The notes under the pieces: generated by a model
What the model was told of the DNA's origin: nothing
What the model saw: the letters and a program-made list of their open reading frames with translations, nothing else
Database searches by the model: none
In this document: positions 39,240-52,139 of the stretch, piece by piece
Layout of the letters: the number at the start of each line of letters is the position of its first letter
Numbering within the stretch: the stretch's first letter is position 1
Program-made: the position numbers and the translations under genes
NCBI GenBank assembly: GCA_951406725.2
Contig: OX597814.1
Span: 194,122,001 to 194,186,000 of the forward strand
Source: Octopus vulgaris
Lineage: Eukaryota
Direction: 5' to 3'
Length of the DNA: 64,000 bases

Positions 39240-40120
39240 AATGGTGAATACAACATTCACAGGATTACGCAAATTGCCGCCTGGCTGAATAAAAATCTGG
39301 TATACGCAATTGAGACAACATCAAATTAAGATAACCCTCTATGTATCGTTCTTAATGTATATACATACTTTCGATGGCCCTGTTACTGCCGTTTCGTTCT
39401 GAGATAACATCTTAAATGGACGAACTAAAAACACAAATATCGGAAGATGAAAATTTGATCCATTGACGACAATGCTGATGCAACTTGGGCTTTTTAAGCA
39501 TTTTCAATGACGTGTAATCATGTACGTGTGTAAAACATAGCGGGCAGGCTATGGAGCATGAAGCGCAGGGAATGGGTAACGAAAATTCGCTCCCTGCCGG
39601 AGTGAGGCTTGACATCTCCATGTCCCCCTCTCGGTCCACTTCTAAAGAAAGAGAGTGGACGTCATGGAGGGGGTCTTGAACTAAGTCCGGCGGGAGCTGA
39701 AAACCCTTCCCTACTAAGTTATGAGTAGGGCGACCTGGCAGAAACGTTAGCACGCCGGGCGAAATGCTTAGCGGTATTTCGTCTGCGTTACGTTCTGAGT
39801 TCAAATTCCGCCGAGGTCGACTTTGCCTTTCATCCTTTCGGGGTCGATAAATTAAGTACCAGTTAGGCACTGGGGTCGATGTAATCGACTTAATACCTAT
39901 ATCTGTCCTTGTTTGTCCCCTCTGTGTTTAGCCTCTTGTGGGTAATAAAGAAATAGGTATGAGTAAGGTAGATTAACCTAAATAGGCCCTGTCTATGTCT
40001 GGTATACATCAGCGTCATAGATGGTTATTCTAATTTAATAGAGCCTCAGTTGCGTATACTGGATTTTTATTCAGCCGAGCGGCAATTCACAACATCAGTG
40101 AAAGTTTTATTCATGGCATG
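39240..40120. mobile_element. Non-autonomous DNA element with ~80-bp imperfect TIRs, an internal hairpin and a SINE insertion
   Basis: aattgccgcctggctgaataaaaatctggtatacgcaattgag versus ctcagttgcgtatactggatttttattcagccgagcggcaatt. Confidence 0.55.
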
Positions 40121-40299
40121 CAGAAAGCTGTGAGTATATGCCATTGAAAAGGTCCAAAAAGGCTGAAGTGCATCTGGCATTCTCACTGGCCGCTGCCAGG
40201 ACGAATTTTCGTCTGTCTCTGTTATGTATTATTTTTGACACTGCACGTCCTTTGGAGGTGTTTTTGCAGAATAGATAGCGCAGCAGATATACTATTAAC

Positions 40300-40342
<43 letters not shown>

Positions 40343-40593
40343 TCTAAGTATGATACAAAGATGGCTATGTATGTATGTATGTATGTATGTATGTATGTAT
40401 GTATGTAGGTAGGTAGGTAGGTAGGTAGGTAGGTAGGTAGGTAGGCAGGCAGGCAGGCAGGTAGGTTTGTAGGTAGGTATGCATACAAGCATGTATGCAT
40501 ATTTATATGTATGTGTATATATATATGTGTGTGTTTGTGTGTGCGTATGTGCGTGTGTATGCACGTATGTATGTATGTGTATATCTATATATA

Positions 40594-41570
40594 CAGGGTT
40601 TGGACATAATAATAGAAACACCTAGCATCATAGCATCAGAATTTTGAAATATCTGTAAAACCGTCAAAAGCTTGTTTATTTTTGTTTTGTTATTTAATAC
40701 TAGTGTTGCTTAAAAGGTTTTGCTAAAATTGATGTTTCTTTTCAGATATCATCAGAAAAAGGCAATTAAAATTCATTAAAACGACAAATCTATCGGACTT
40801 TCAAAGAGGTCAAATTGTTGGTGCTCGTATGGCAGGCGCTAGCGTAACGAAAAACAGCCGAAATGTTTGGTGTATCAAGAAGTACTGTCTCGAAAGTAAT
40901 AACAGCCTTTGAGAAAGAGGGAAAAACCTCCTCATCGAAACAAAACTCCGGAAGAAAACCAAAACTTTCGGATAGGGGCCGTCGGGTTCTTACGAGAATT
41001 GTTAGAAAGGATCATGATAGTACAGCTCCCAAAATTACTGCAGAGTTTAATGACCACCTCGAGAACCCAGTTTCCACAAAAACTGTTCGCCGGGAGCTGC
41101 ACAAAACCAGTTTTCACGGGAGGGCTGCAATCAGAAAACCACTACTTTCAAACAAAATGTTGCAAAGCGTTTAGAGTGGAGTAAAAACCTACAGAATTGG
41201 TCCCTAGAGCAGTGGAAGAATGTTATTTTCTCGGATGAGTAATCCTTTACCTTATTTCTGACCAAAGCCGAGTATATGTGTGGAGACATCTAACCACCAC
41301 AGTCCTCAGATTTCAATATTATTGAACATTTATGGTGTATTTTAGAAAAACAAGTAAGGATCCGATATCCTCCACCATCGTCTCTACAAGAATTGGAAAC
41401 TGTTTTGGTTGAAGAATGGAAAAAAATTCCTTTGGAAACAATTCATACTTTGTACGAGTCCATTCCTCGTAGAATTCAAACTGTAATTACTGCTAAGGGT
41501 GGTCCTACCCCATATTAAAATAAATTTGTTTGAAATTTTAAGGTGTTTCCATTATTTTTTCCAACTCCTG
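40594..41570 (+). mobile_element. Tc1 transposon, internally deleted
   Basis: TA-flanked ~30-bp TIRs (cagggtttggacataataatagaaacacct); LSDFQRGQIVGA..SGRKPKLSDR..VSTKTVRRELH..FSDE followed by PPQSSDFNIIEHLW..KGGPTPY; middle of the DDE domain missing. Confidence 0.92.
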
Positions 41571-41634
41571 TATATATGTAAGTCTATTTACCGCTGTATG
41601 TATACATACATATGTCAATGTATGTAAATGTGCA

Positions 41635-42015
41635 TGATGATGATGGCTTCCCCCTCGTTATCGAGTATGGCCATTGCACGAAGCTTAACTGTTACTGGTG
41701 CTGTGATCGAATGTGACTTTTTAGCCGAGCTAAAGATCTACAATGTCTTGTACAGAATTGGCAACTAAAACCTTTACCGGTAATAGCCGACTGTAGTTGT
41801 AACTGGGCTTTATGTACATTTGCATGTCGTTTAAGTCCTCCTGCCGAATTACACTCTCTTCCACAAGCCCGACAGATACGATTAGTATGGTGTGTAACAC
41901 CACCACCAGTGGCCAGGTTGTCACTCATCTGTCTCGCTTTATGACTACGAAGATGACTCTTGAGTCCAGCTTTAATGAGGCAGGGTCTTGCACAGACACT
42001 GCATGTCAACATCAT
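41635..42015 (-). mobile_element. RTE-type LINE 3' end encoding three C2H2 zinc fingers
   Basis: CSVC..GLKSHLRSH, CRAC..GLKRHANVH, CQFC..LKSHIRSQH*, then a ~50-nt UTR and (CAT)n tail. Confidence 0.65.
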
Positions 42016-42647
42016 AGGAAGACCCTATGATAATACGGAAAAGCACAAGAAAGAAAAAAACATCGAGAGGATGTGGTATATGCAAAGTATTAGCAACGCT
42101 CAGGGAAGGAAAGCTTTCATTTATTCCACTAACATCAATATTTTATATGAAATGTGCCAGAGTCGCTTCTCATAAACTCGTATATTATTAGAAGGGGTGA
42201 GGGTTAATATTCAGAACATTGCTCTTATTCGAGTTTTATCATTTTTTATCAGAGTGTTGTAGTAAATACGAAATAATGTAAATGCTTGTTTTAAAAAGTC
42301 ACCAAAGGCGCAGGTGTGAATGCCTGGCAAGAAGTTTGCTTCCCAGCCACATGGTTTCCTGGTTTAGTTACACTGCGTGGCACCTTGGGCAAGTGTCTTC
42401 GACCTTGGGCTGACTAAATCTTTATGAGTGGATTTGGTAAACAGAAACTGAATGAAGTCTGTCGTATGTGTCTGGGGTGAGGATGGGGTCGTGTGTCCCA
42501 ACACCGCTTGACAACCGATGTTGGTGTGTTTACGTCCCTGTAACACGGCGATTCGGCAGAGAACCGATACAATAGGTACCAGACTATGTGTGTGTGTGTG
42601 CGTTGCTAAAATTGGGCTATGTTTAATATATCCATGCATCAATAGTT

Positions 42648-42688
<41 letters not shown>

Positions 42689-42713
42689 CTCTCTATATAT
42701 ATATATATATCTT

Positions 42714-42756
<43 letters not shown>

Positions 42757-43069
42757 CTATATATATATATCTCTCTTTCTTTCTGATCCTTAATGGTTTA
42801 TTATATGAAGTAGGAATTACCTCCCCTCCTTAAAGTAATGTGTAGTTATTTCCCTTTACACAAATTTTTCATTAACTTTGTGGATACACAATGTAGGAAG
42901 ATGATTAAAATATAATAATACAATTGCAGCATAGAAGGTGTTTATAAGCCATTTAGAAACACACAAAACCGTTAGATTCACTTCAACATTTAAATTTAAT
43001 TTGCCTAACAAATTAGATTTAAATGTTGAAGTGAATCTGACGGTTTTTGTGTGTTTCTTAAAAGGCTTT

Positions 43070-43345
43070 CCCGGACCGAGCTGCGTGATGTGTTCTTGAG
43101 CAAGACACTTTATTTCACGTTGCTCCAGTTCACTCAGCTGTAGAAATGAGTTGTGACGTTACAGGTGCCAAGCTGTATCGGCCCCTTTGCCTTTCCCTTG
43201 GATAACACTGGTGGCGTGGAGAGGGGAGGCCGGTATGCATGGGCGACTGCTGGTCTTCCATAAACATCCTTGCCCGGACTTGTGCCAGGGAGGGTAACTT
43301 TCTAGGTGCAATCCTATGGTCAGTGTCGTGACCGAAGGGGGTTTC
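43070..43345 (+). mobile_element. Meta-domain-like SINE body inserted in a palindromic repeat
   Basis: gtgttcttgagcaagacactttatttcacgttgctccagttcactcagctgt; reverse-strand relative near 44340-44480. Confidence 0.55.
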
Positions 43346-43731
43346 AGATATAAACACCTTCCACACTGCAATTGTTTTTGCTTCAGCACACGATCTCAGA
43401 TCAAGTCACATGCTATGCAAGTACATCTCTGTAAATATAATAATAATAAGAAGAAAAAGAATAGAATTACACATAAGCATTTATTAATGGCACCGAAAGG
43501 GACAATTAATGAAATTCCGTATCGTGCTAAGACGAGACACTATTAGTATTAGCTTGGTGTCTTTTATTGTTCTGTAAACTCAAATCAGCACTGTTGGAGC
43601 AGACCTAAGATCGAAAGAATTCTAACTGTCTCACACCCCAAACTTTAGGGTATGATTTAAGAGAGATTTCGCTGTTGTTTCAAGCTTCTCGAACGACACC
43701 GTAGAATCTCTTTCATTGACTTTTTATGTGT

Positions 43732-44112
43732 ACTAGCAGTATCGCCCGGCATTGATCGGGTTTGTTTCGACCCTTTAGAGTTGGAATTTTTGAAAAGTAA
43801 AAATTTTGCATCATGTAGCTTGTAATTCTCTTTAAGTGAACATTTTTCTGGTTGAAATACACCGAAAAATGGAGACACAGCAGTCTAAAAATCGTAAAAA
43901 ATAGGGATTTTCATAGAAAAAAAGCACCTTTTTGATGTAAATAATTTTTGGTGTTAACATGGTCCGATTTGAATTTTTGAAGAGCAAGCCTTCTTCTATC
44001 ATACTCTCAATTTTGATCAACTTGCGCCGCAGGGTTTCGGAGGAGATAGGGTTAGTTGAAGGCTAACAAACCTGCCATACACAGACAACTTCAGCTTTAT
44101 ATAGAGAGAGAT
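43732..44112 (+). mobile_element. Non-autonomous Helitron/Helentron-type element
   Basis: Starts ACTAGCAGTATCGCCCGGC..CGGG, ends acagacaacttcagctttatatagagagagat; second copy at 45421-45822. Confidence 0.65.
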
Positions 44113-45316
44113 TTTGCAGAATCGTTTGACCGTAAGACTGTCCTTCTTTCAGTATTTGTTCCAACTCTTTACGTTCTGAGTTCAAATTCCGCCGAGGTCA
44201 GCTTCCAACACCATCATCATCATCCCTAGACATTATTGCCTCGAGTTTTAGGACTCATAGGACCAATTATCTAGTTTCCATGGCTTATAAGTGTCCGAGA
44301 TCGTAACATCTACTTCGACCCCCACCTGAATGGGATATTAATCTGTCGTAGGGTGAACTCATCTACAGCTGAGTGGACTGCAGCAACGTGAAAGGAAGCA
44401 TTTTGCTCAAGAACACAACGTACCACTGAGTACGGGAATTAAAACTACGATGTTACGATCGTGAATACAATATCGTGACCAATGTCGTATATAGGCATAG
44501 GCAAAGTGGGCAGTTGCGCAGGGGCCTCACAGATCCAAGGGCCCAATTATGATCTATGTATGCTATGGTTTACCGTCAGTAAATAACACTACAGGGACGA
44601 CCCGGTGCATCGGTTTGTCCGGGAGCCTATAATGGTACTAAGACACCCTTGACCCTCACCGCTTGGCCACGCGCCTTCACTTTTCATCCTTTCGAGAATG
44701 ATAAAACAAAGCACCGGTCAAGTACCAGTGGGGGATATATTAGACTAACCCCGCACCCCAGATTTCTAGACGTTCATTAAGTGTTGTGGTGTGGGTGGTA
44801 GATTGGCAGAATCGTTAGACCGTTGGATAAAATATCTTGATGTTCAAATCCCACAGGAGTCAAATTTGCTTTTCTTCCTATCAGAGTTGATGAAACAGAG
44901 TACCAGTTAAGCACTGGGATTAATTTGAACGACTAACCTCTTCCTTCAAATTGTTGGCCGTGTTTCTAAAGAAAATTTTATTAAGGGAGGCGAGCGCCGG
45001 ACAAAATACCTTGTGGTGTTTAGTTGCGTCGCTTTATGTTTGAGTTCCACCCACGATTCCTATCCTTCCAAGGGTTATAAAGCATTGATCATATATTTGT
45101 AGTCAGAGGCGTACCTTGCACGCCGGACAAAATATTTTGCGGCATTTCGTCCGTCTTCACGTTCTAAGTTCAAATCCCTCCGAGCTCAACTTTGCCTTTT
45201 ATCTTTTCGGGGTCGATAAAATAAGTACCAGTTGAGCACTGGCATCAATGTAATTGACTTACCCCTTCCGAAATTGCTGGCCTTGAGCTAAAATTTTAAA
45301 TCAGTATTACTGTATA

Positions 45317-45946
45317 CAGTAAACCCTCGACTATCGCGGATGTTACGTTCCAAAACCCGCCGTGATAGGTGAAAATCCGCGAAGTAGAAATAATACCGCA
45401 CTGAATTTTTTTTATATATAACTAGCAGTATCGCCGGCGATGCTCGGGTTTGTTTCGACCCTTTAGAGTTGGAATTTTTGAAAAGTAAAAATTTTGCATT
45501 ATGTAGCTTGTTATTCTCTTTAAGTGAACATTTTCCTGGTTGAAATACACTGAAAAATGGCGACACAGCAGTCAAAAAAATCGTAAAAAGTAGGGATTTT
45601 CATAGAAAAAAAAAAAAGCACCTTTTTGATGTAAATAATTTTTGTGTTAACATGGTCTGATTTGATTTTTTTCTTCTACGGAAGGAAGAGCAAGCCTTCT
45701 TCTATCATACTCTCAATTTTGGTCGACTTGCGCCGCAGGGTCTCGGAGGAGATAGTGTTAGTTGAAGGCTACCAAACCTGCCATACACAGACAACTTCAG
45801 CTTTATATATAGAGAGAGAGATTTGCATATATTGTTTTTATTATAAATGCAAAAACAACACCACAGAGAAATCGACGTAAGCTTAAATAATAAACCGCGA
45901 TAGGTAAACCGCGATAGGTAAACCGCGATATGGCGAGGGATTACTG
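45317..45946. mobile_element. Tigger-derived MITE with a nested Helitron-type insertion
   Basis: TA|CAGTAAACCCTCG...CGAGGGATTACTG|TA; uninterrupted relative at 51321-51537 and another at ~55888-56341. Confidence 0.8.
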
Positions 45947-46567
45947 TATAAACCACATTGTTTTATATAAACTGGGTGTCACTTTTATTTGTACAGGCAC
46001 AGTAATCAGCAACAGTGAAGCATAAAGCCGGCGCAAATGTTAACACAATATTATCTCAATGACCCCGAAGGTGAAATCAACCTAAATTTAATTATACCAA
46101 ACCGACAGACGGAAGGAGGAAAACTAAGAGCAATCCAAACTAGGTGTCGGGACAAATACTCCAGTCTTACACTCGGACCCACAACAAGGCCAGCAATTTG
46201 AAAAAAAAAAGTGTTAGTTAATTAAATCGATTCCAGTACTTGACTAGTACTTTATTTTATCGACTCTGAAAGGATGAAAGACAAATCTGACTTCGGAGGG
46301 ATTTGAACGCAGAACATAAAGAGCTAAGATAAATACCACAAGGCATTTTGTCCTACGGGCTAACGATTCAGTCATTAACTAAGTTGAGAAAGAATAACAT
46401 ATTTTTTGTTTATATCCATAATTCTTCTGCTCCGGTGTGAATCAGTTCATATTTCTTTTGCGACACGGAACTTACCTTTCGCCCAAATAGTTTTTACCTA
46501 GGTCATCCGGCGCTCTGATCTGGTTTACCAGTAAGAACAGTATTCGATTGTCGTTTGTTAAAGCGAC

Positions 46568-46648
46568 ATGTCTTTGGGAAACGAGGAGAAAGACATCAAC
46601 GTTCCGAAATGGTTATCAGACTGTAAAGAAGCGATCACATCTTCTTCG
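46568..46648 (+). CDS. Uncharacterised TBC-like protein, coding exon 1 (MSLGNEEKDINVPKWLSDCKEAITSSS)
   Basis: gacATG start in unique sequence, TCG|gtaagt donor; 81 nt, phase 0; joins exon 2 in frame. Confidence 0.75.
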
Positions 46649-46671
46649 GTAAGTAGTATTAACACGCGTAT

Positions 46672-47030
46672 ACATACATACATAATACATACATACATAC
46701 ATACATACATACATACATACATACATACATACATACATACACACACACACATGCATACATACATACAAACATACACACATACATACATCAATACATACAT
46801 ACATACATACATACATACACACACACATGCATACATACATACATACATACATACATACATACATACATACATAAATACATACATACATACACACATACAC
46901 ACATACATACATACACACATACATACATTCATACATACATACATACATGCATACATACATACATACATACATACATACACATACATACACACACATATAT
47001 ATATATACATATATACATACACACACGTAT
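46672..47030. repeat. (TACA)n microsatellite immediately after exon 1 of the plus-strand gene
   Basis: Imperfect ATAC repeats. Confidence 0.95.
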
Positions 47031-47551
47031 ATAAACGTGCGCACTCACACACACATACGTGTGTGTATGTGTGCATGTTTATATAGTGTACAAACGTACC
47101 CTTGTTGGGATATATTCATACATAAATACTTAAATGTGTGTATGTGTCAGTATGTTTATAGTGTATTTATTTGTCACTTAGCAACATAATCTCTACAACA
47201 ATTAAGCTGGGATACAGATTCTTACATACATATATAAATACATGCATAAAATAATATATATATTCTTTCTTGTTTGCGCCCTTTTCAAGCCTAGCTAGGC
47301 TCATGGGTTTCCCGGTCTCTGTGGCGTATGTGTTCCCCCCAGGTGGACGGGACACCAGTCCATCGCAGCGTTACTCAAGAAACAGGAAGAGCAAGTGAGA
47401 GAAAGAGTGGTGAAGGAGTACAACAGGGGTCACTACCACCACCTGCTGAAGCCTCGTGGAGCTTTTAGGTGTTTTCGCTCAATAAACACACACAACGCCC
47501 GGTTTGGGAATCGAAACCGCGATCCTCCGACTACTGGGCCATTGCGCCTCC

Positions 47552-47603
<52 letters not shown>

Positions 47604-47837
47604 CAATAAAGGGCTTCCAAATAAAGAAGTGCTGTGCTAGACACACAAAAAGGGATAAATTCATGAAAGGAATGAAAATTAAAAACGTTTACCATCTCAG
47701 CTATATCCTACAGTGCTGGGTCACTGGTAATAATAATTTATTTTTTATTACCCTATTTACTATGTTTATATATATATATATATTTAGTGAGGGAAGAAAT
47801 GGAGCTGAACGAAGATTTTACAAAATTCCTTTTTATT

Positions 47838-47923
47838 ATTTTCTACACATGTTTCAAAGGCTGCAAATTCCCTAATTCGGATTGAATAAGGAGACCATTT
47901 TGCAGCTTTCTCTTCAGGAAAAT
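47838..47923 (-). ncRNA. Type I hammerhead ribozyme motif with extended stem II
   Basis: attttc CTGAAGA gaaagctgcaaa..tttgcagccttt GAAAC atgt GTA gaaaat; stems I, II and III all pair. Confidence 0.7.
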
Positions 47924-48091
47924 CCAGGAACTTAAATCTCCAAACAAATGCGCAGCAAGCTTAACATATATATAATGGAGAAATTGTACAAAATGTATAA
48001 ATAGATGATGAGCAAAGCACCGGCGCAGTTTCTATTACCTGTTGTTATCCGTAGATTTATTGCAGGAACTTCGTAGTGGCGGTTGGGGTAC

Positions 48092-48142
<51 letters not shown>

Positions 48143-48945
48143 ACACATGTACACGCGCGTGCAAACATATGTGTGTGTAATCATATGTAGATATCCTTTA
48201 TATAATAGACACAAGGCCTGAAATTTTGGGGGAGGGGACTAGTCGATTACATCGACCCCGGAATTACACTGGTACTTAATTTATCGACTCTGGAAGGATG
48301 AAAGGCAAATTCGACCTCGGCGGAACTTGAACTCAGAACGTAACGATGGGCAAAATGCCGTTCAGCATTTCGTCCAGCGTACTAACGACTCTGCCAGCTC
48401 GCCGCCTTAATCATATACAGATATGATATGTATACATCAAAATATGTATATATATATATATATATACAAACATACATACATACACATACATACATACATA
48501 CATACATACATACATACATACATACATACGTATGTATGTATGTATACGCACACACACACACACACATACACACATATAACAGTAACATCGTGGAAGAGAG
48601 CTCTATTGTTTTTTTTTCTCTTGCCATCTAAAAACACAAAACTGTGATATTCACTTTTCAGTTAATTCTTTCGTCCATTCAAGTTTGGGGTTGATAAAAT
48701 AAGTACCAGTTGAGCATTGGGGGGGCCGATGTAATCGACTTTCACAAAATTTCAGGTCTTGTGCCTATTATAGGAGTAGTAGTGATGGCGACGGCGCTGG
48801 TGATGATACCACATCACCAAAAATTGGATATTTGGATTCTCTCGAACCATATTCTTGCCAATAACGTGTGTTCATTCATAACCAAGTTCTCAAAATCACT
48901 TTTGACTGCAGTTATACTTCTTAGGGCTGAAAGACAAAATAAATA

Positions 48946-49188
48946 CAGGGTGTTCAAAAAGTCTCACCGCAGTGAATTTTTCCCATCCCGACTCTCCAAG
49001 ATGCATTTCAAAACGTGTACAAGAGTCAACTTATGTACTGAAAATGAAGGACGGCACTTTCAATGCCTCTTATAAAGTTTTTTAAAGTCTTGCAAAGCCT
49101 AAAATATTCTTTTGTAGTCTTATATCATCTTATAAATATTTATTTTGCAAAAAAATACTTACTGCGGAGAGACTTTTTGAACACTCTC
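48946..49188. mobile_element. Tc1/mariner MITE
   Basis: TA|cagggtgttcaaaaagtctcaccgcagt and actgcggagagactttttgaacactct. Confidence 0.7.
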
Positions 49189-50451
49189 TTTTATTCTTTT
49201 ACTTGTTTCAGTCATTTGACTGTGGCCATGCCGGAGCACCACCTTTAGTCGAGCAAATCGGCCCCAGGACTTATTCTTTGTAAGCCTAGTACTTATTCTA
49301 TCGGTCTCTTTTGCCGAACCGCTAAGTTACGGGGACGTAAACACAACAGCATCGGTTGTCAAGCGATGTTGGGAGGACAAACAAAGACACACAAACACAT
49401 ACACACACATACATATATATATATACATATATACGACGGGCTTCTTTCAGTTTCCGTCTACCAAATCCACTCACAAGGCTTTGGTCGGCCCAAGGCTATA
49501 GTAGAAGACACTTACTCAAGGTGCCAAGTAGTGGGACTGAACCCTGAACCATGTGGTTGGTAAGCAAGCTACTTACCACACAGCCACTACTACGCCTGTA
49601 AAACATTTATATTCTGTTGTTTCTCACAACGCAAATGAAATGTGTCAACCGTCTCGGGGCCAGAGAGTGTGACAGAATACAAAAGCCAATGTTGGTTGCT
49701 TGGGACAAGCTGAGACTTGAAGAGAGTTTCAAGTAGATTTCTGCCGTTTCAGAAACGCCATCAATTATCACCTGTCAACTTGTAACAGTCGTTTGATAAG
49801 AAACACCTAAATCATTGTAGGTTATATACAAAGAAGCGGAGCGGATAGCTTGGTCTTAATTGAAATGTCGGTTTTAATAAAACATAAGGTTCCGAGAAAT
49901 TTTAATTAATATTAATACTTGTGGTGAAGAGGCAGAATCATTAATTAACTTAAATTATTAATTTTGGCGACTAAAATCAGGGGAGACAACTCCGACATTG
50001 TAATTAAATTTTATCAAAACAATATATAGAAAAATGAAAAAATAAGCGTAAGTATTGCAGATTCGCGTGGTTTTAGCTTTAGTACCACTGCGTAGCACCT
50101 TAGATAAGTACCTTCAACTATTTTCCCGAGCCGACCAATACTTTGAGAGGGAATTTGGTTGGCGGAAACTGTATGGAAGCCCCTCATACGTATGTGTGTG
50201 TGTGTGTGTGTGTGTCTTTATGTTTATTTCCCTTCCTCACCTTGACAATTACTGTTGGTTTCTTTACGTCCCCGTGACATGGCGGTTCGGCAAAAGAAAA
50301 CCGATAGAATAAGAACCAGGTTTTTTTTTTTTAAACTAGTATTGAGTTCCATTTGTTTGAGTAAGCCCTACAAGGATGTGCTCCAGCATGGCAACTATCC
50401 AGTGACTGAAATGAATAAAAGATAATATATAAAAGACAATGTCCTTATTTT

Positions 50452-50794
50452 GGTACCTTTTGGTTATCTCACCCCCATTAAAAAAATTGGGGTTATCTCC
50501 TCCAACTAAAAAATTGTTTGACCCTCAATAAAACAAAACAAAAACGAAAAAATTAATAAACATGAAAAGCGAAAAAAATTAAACATCTTATTGAATCTGA
50601 TAACATTTTTATAACAAATCATACCATTCCTATTGAGGGGGGCAAACATCAACAATGTGTTGAAGGATTGAATCAAAAGGATCTAACCCTTTTAATCCAA
50701 TCTCTTGTCGTCACGTAAGCTCAATCTTTCAGTGGAGAAATAACCCAATTTTTAATGATAAATTTTTAATGGGGTGACATAACCAAAAAGTACC
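50452..50794. mobile_element. Merlin-like MITE
   Basis: GGTAC termini, TIR ggtaccttttggttatctcacccc, perfect 8-bp TSD CTTATTTT. Confidence 0.7.
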
Positions 50795-50977
50795 CTTATT
50801 TTGTTGTCAAACATACAGTCATAAGTCCAATCCCTTTCATGTTTCCCTTGTTATTCATTATCTCAGATACGATATGAGAAGGGAATGTTGAATTGCTCTG
50901 TTGTTTCACTAAAATTATTTGAAACAAAATGTTTATTACTAAAGTTTTTCTTTTTTTTTTTTGTTCTATTTACCCAG

Positions 50978-51116
50978 GAATGGAAACAATACATCTTGAC
51001 ATTAAACGATGCCATAAGACAACAGTTGGAAGACAGCCATGTACCATTCTTTACTGATCTGAGCCAGACCAGCAGAATTCATTTCGTGGACACAGCAATG
51101 AGAGCCACAGAAAATG
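50978..51116 (+). CDS. TBC-like protein exon 2 (EWKQYILTLNDAIRQQLEDSHVPFFTDLSQTSRIHFVDTAMRATEN)
   Basis: Poly-T tract and cccag acceptor, ATG|gtattt donor; 139 nt, phase 0-1. Confidence 0.85.
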
Positions 51117-51834
51117 GTATTTGTATTTAATTGTGAGACGTGTAAAAGAAGACAGCGTAGTGGTAGAATCGTTAGCGCCCTGGACAAAATGCTTAGTGGT
51201 GTTTTTTCTGATTTTTACGTTCTGAGTTCGAAATCCACCGAGAGGGTGGGGGGGGGGGCAGCTTTGCTTTTCAACCGTCTTAGGTTAATTAATTTAAGTA
51301 GAAGTCTCTGCAACCAACTACAGCAATCCATCGACTATCGCGGATGTTACGTTCCAAAAACCCCTGTGGTGGGTGTAAATCCGCGAAGTAGAAACCGTAG
51401 TGTATTTATTTTTCTAATTTGTATATATATATATATATATATATTATTATAAAAGCAAAACAACACCACGTAGGAATCGACACAAGCTTAAATAATAAAC
51501 CGTGATAAGTGAACCGCGATATGACGACGGATTACTGTATCTCCCTCTAGATAGGATTTCGAGCTGGCTGGATCTTTTGCTCGTCGGACAAAGTGCGTAA
51601 CAGCATTTAATTTCGCTTTACTTTCTCAGTTCAAATGCTTCGAAGGTCGACTTCGCCTTTCATTCTTTCAGGATCGATAAAAAAAAAAAAGATATCGGCT
51701 GAGCTCTGATTGACTAACACCTTCTCTCTATATTTGCTCACCTTGAGCCAAAGTTTGAAACCAATGTACATTTGTTCAAATGTATTGGTTGCTAGGTGTC
51801 TTTATACAAACATGCAGTGTGTGTGGTGTGGTGT

Positions 51835-51895
<61 letters not shown>

Positions 51896-52044
51896 ATGCT
51901 TTGCAGTTACGTGCTTTCGTGTTCTGTCCCAAGGCGTGGCGTCTTGGACATGTCTTCTACTACAGCCCTGACCGACCAATGCCTTGCGAGTGAATTTATC
52001 GGGCTGAAATGGTACACGTCCCGTTGTGTGTGTGTGTATGTGTG

Positions 52045-52139
<95 letters not shown>

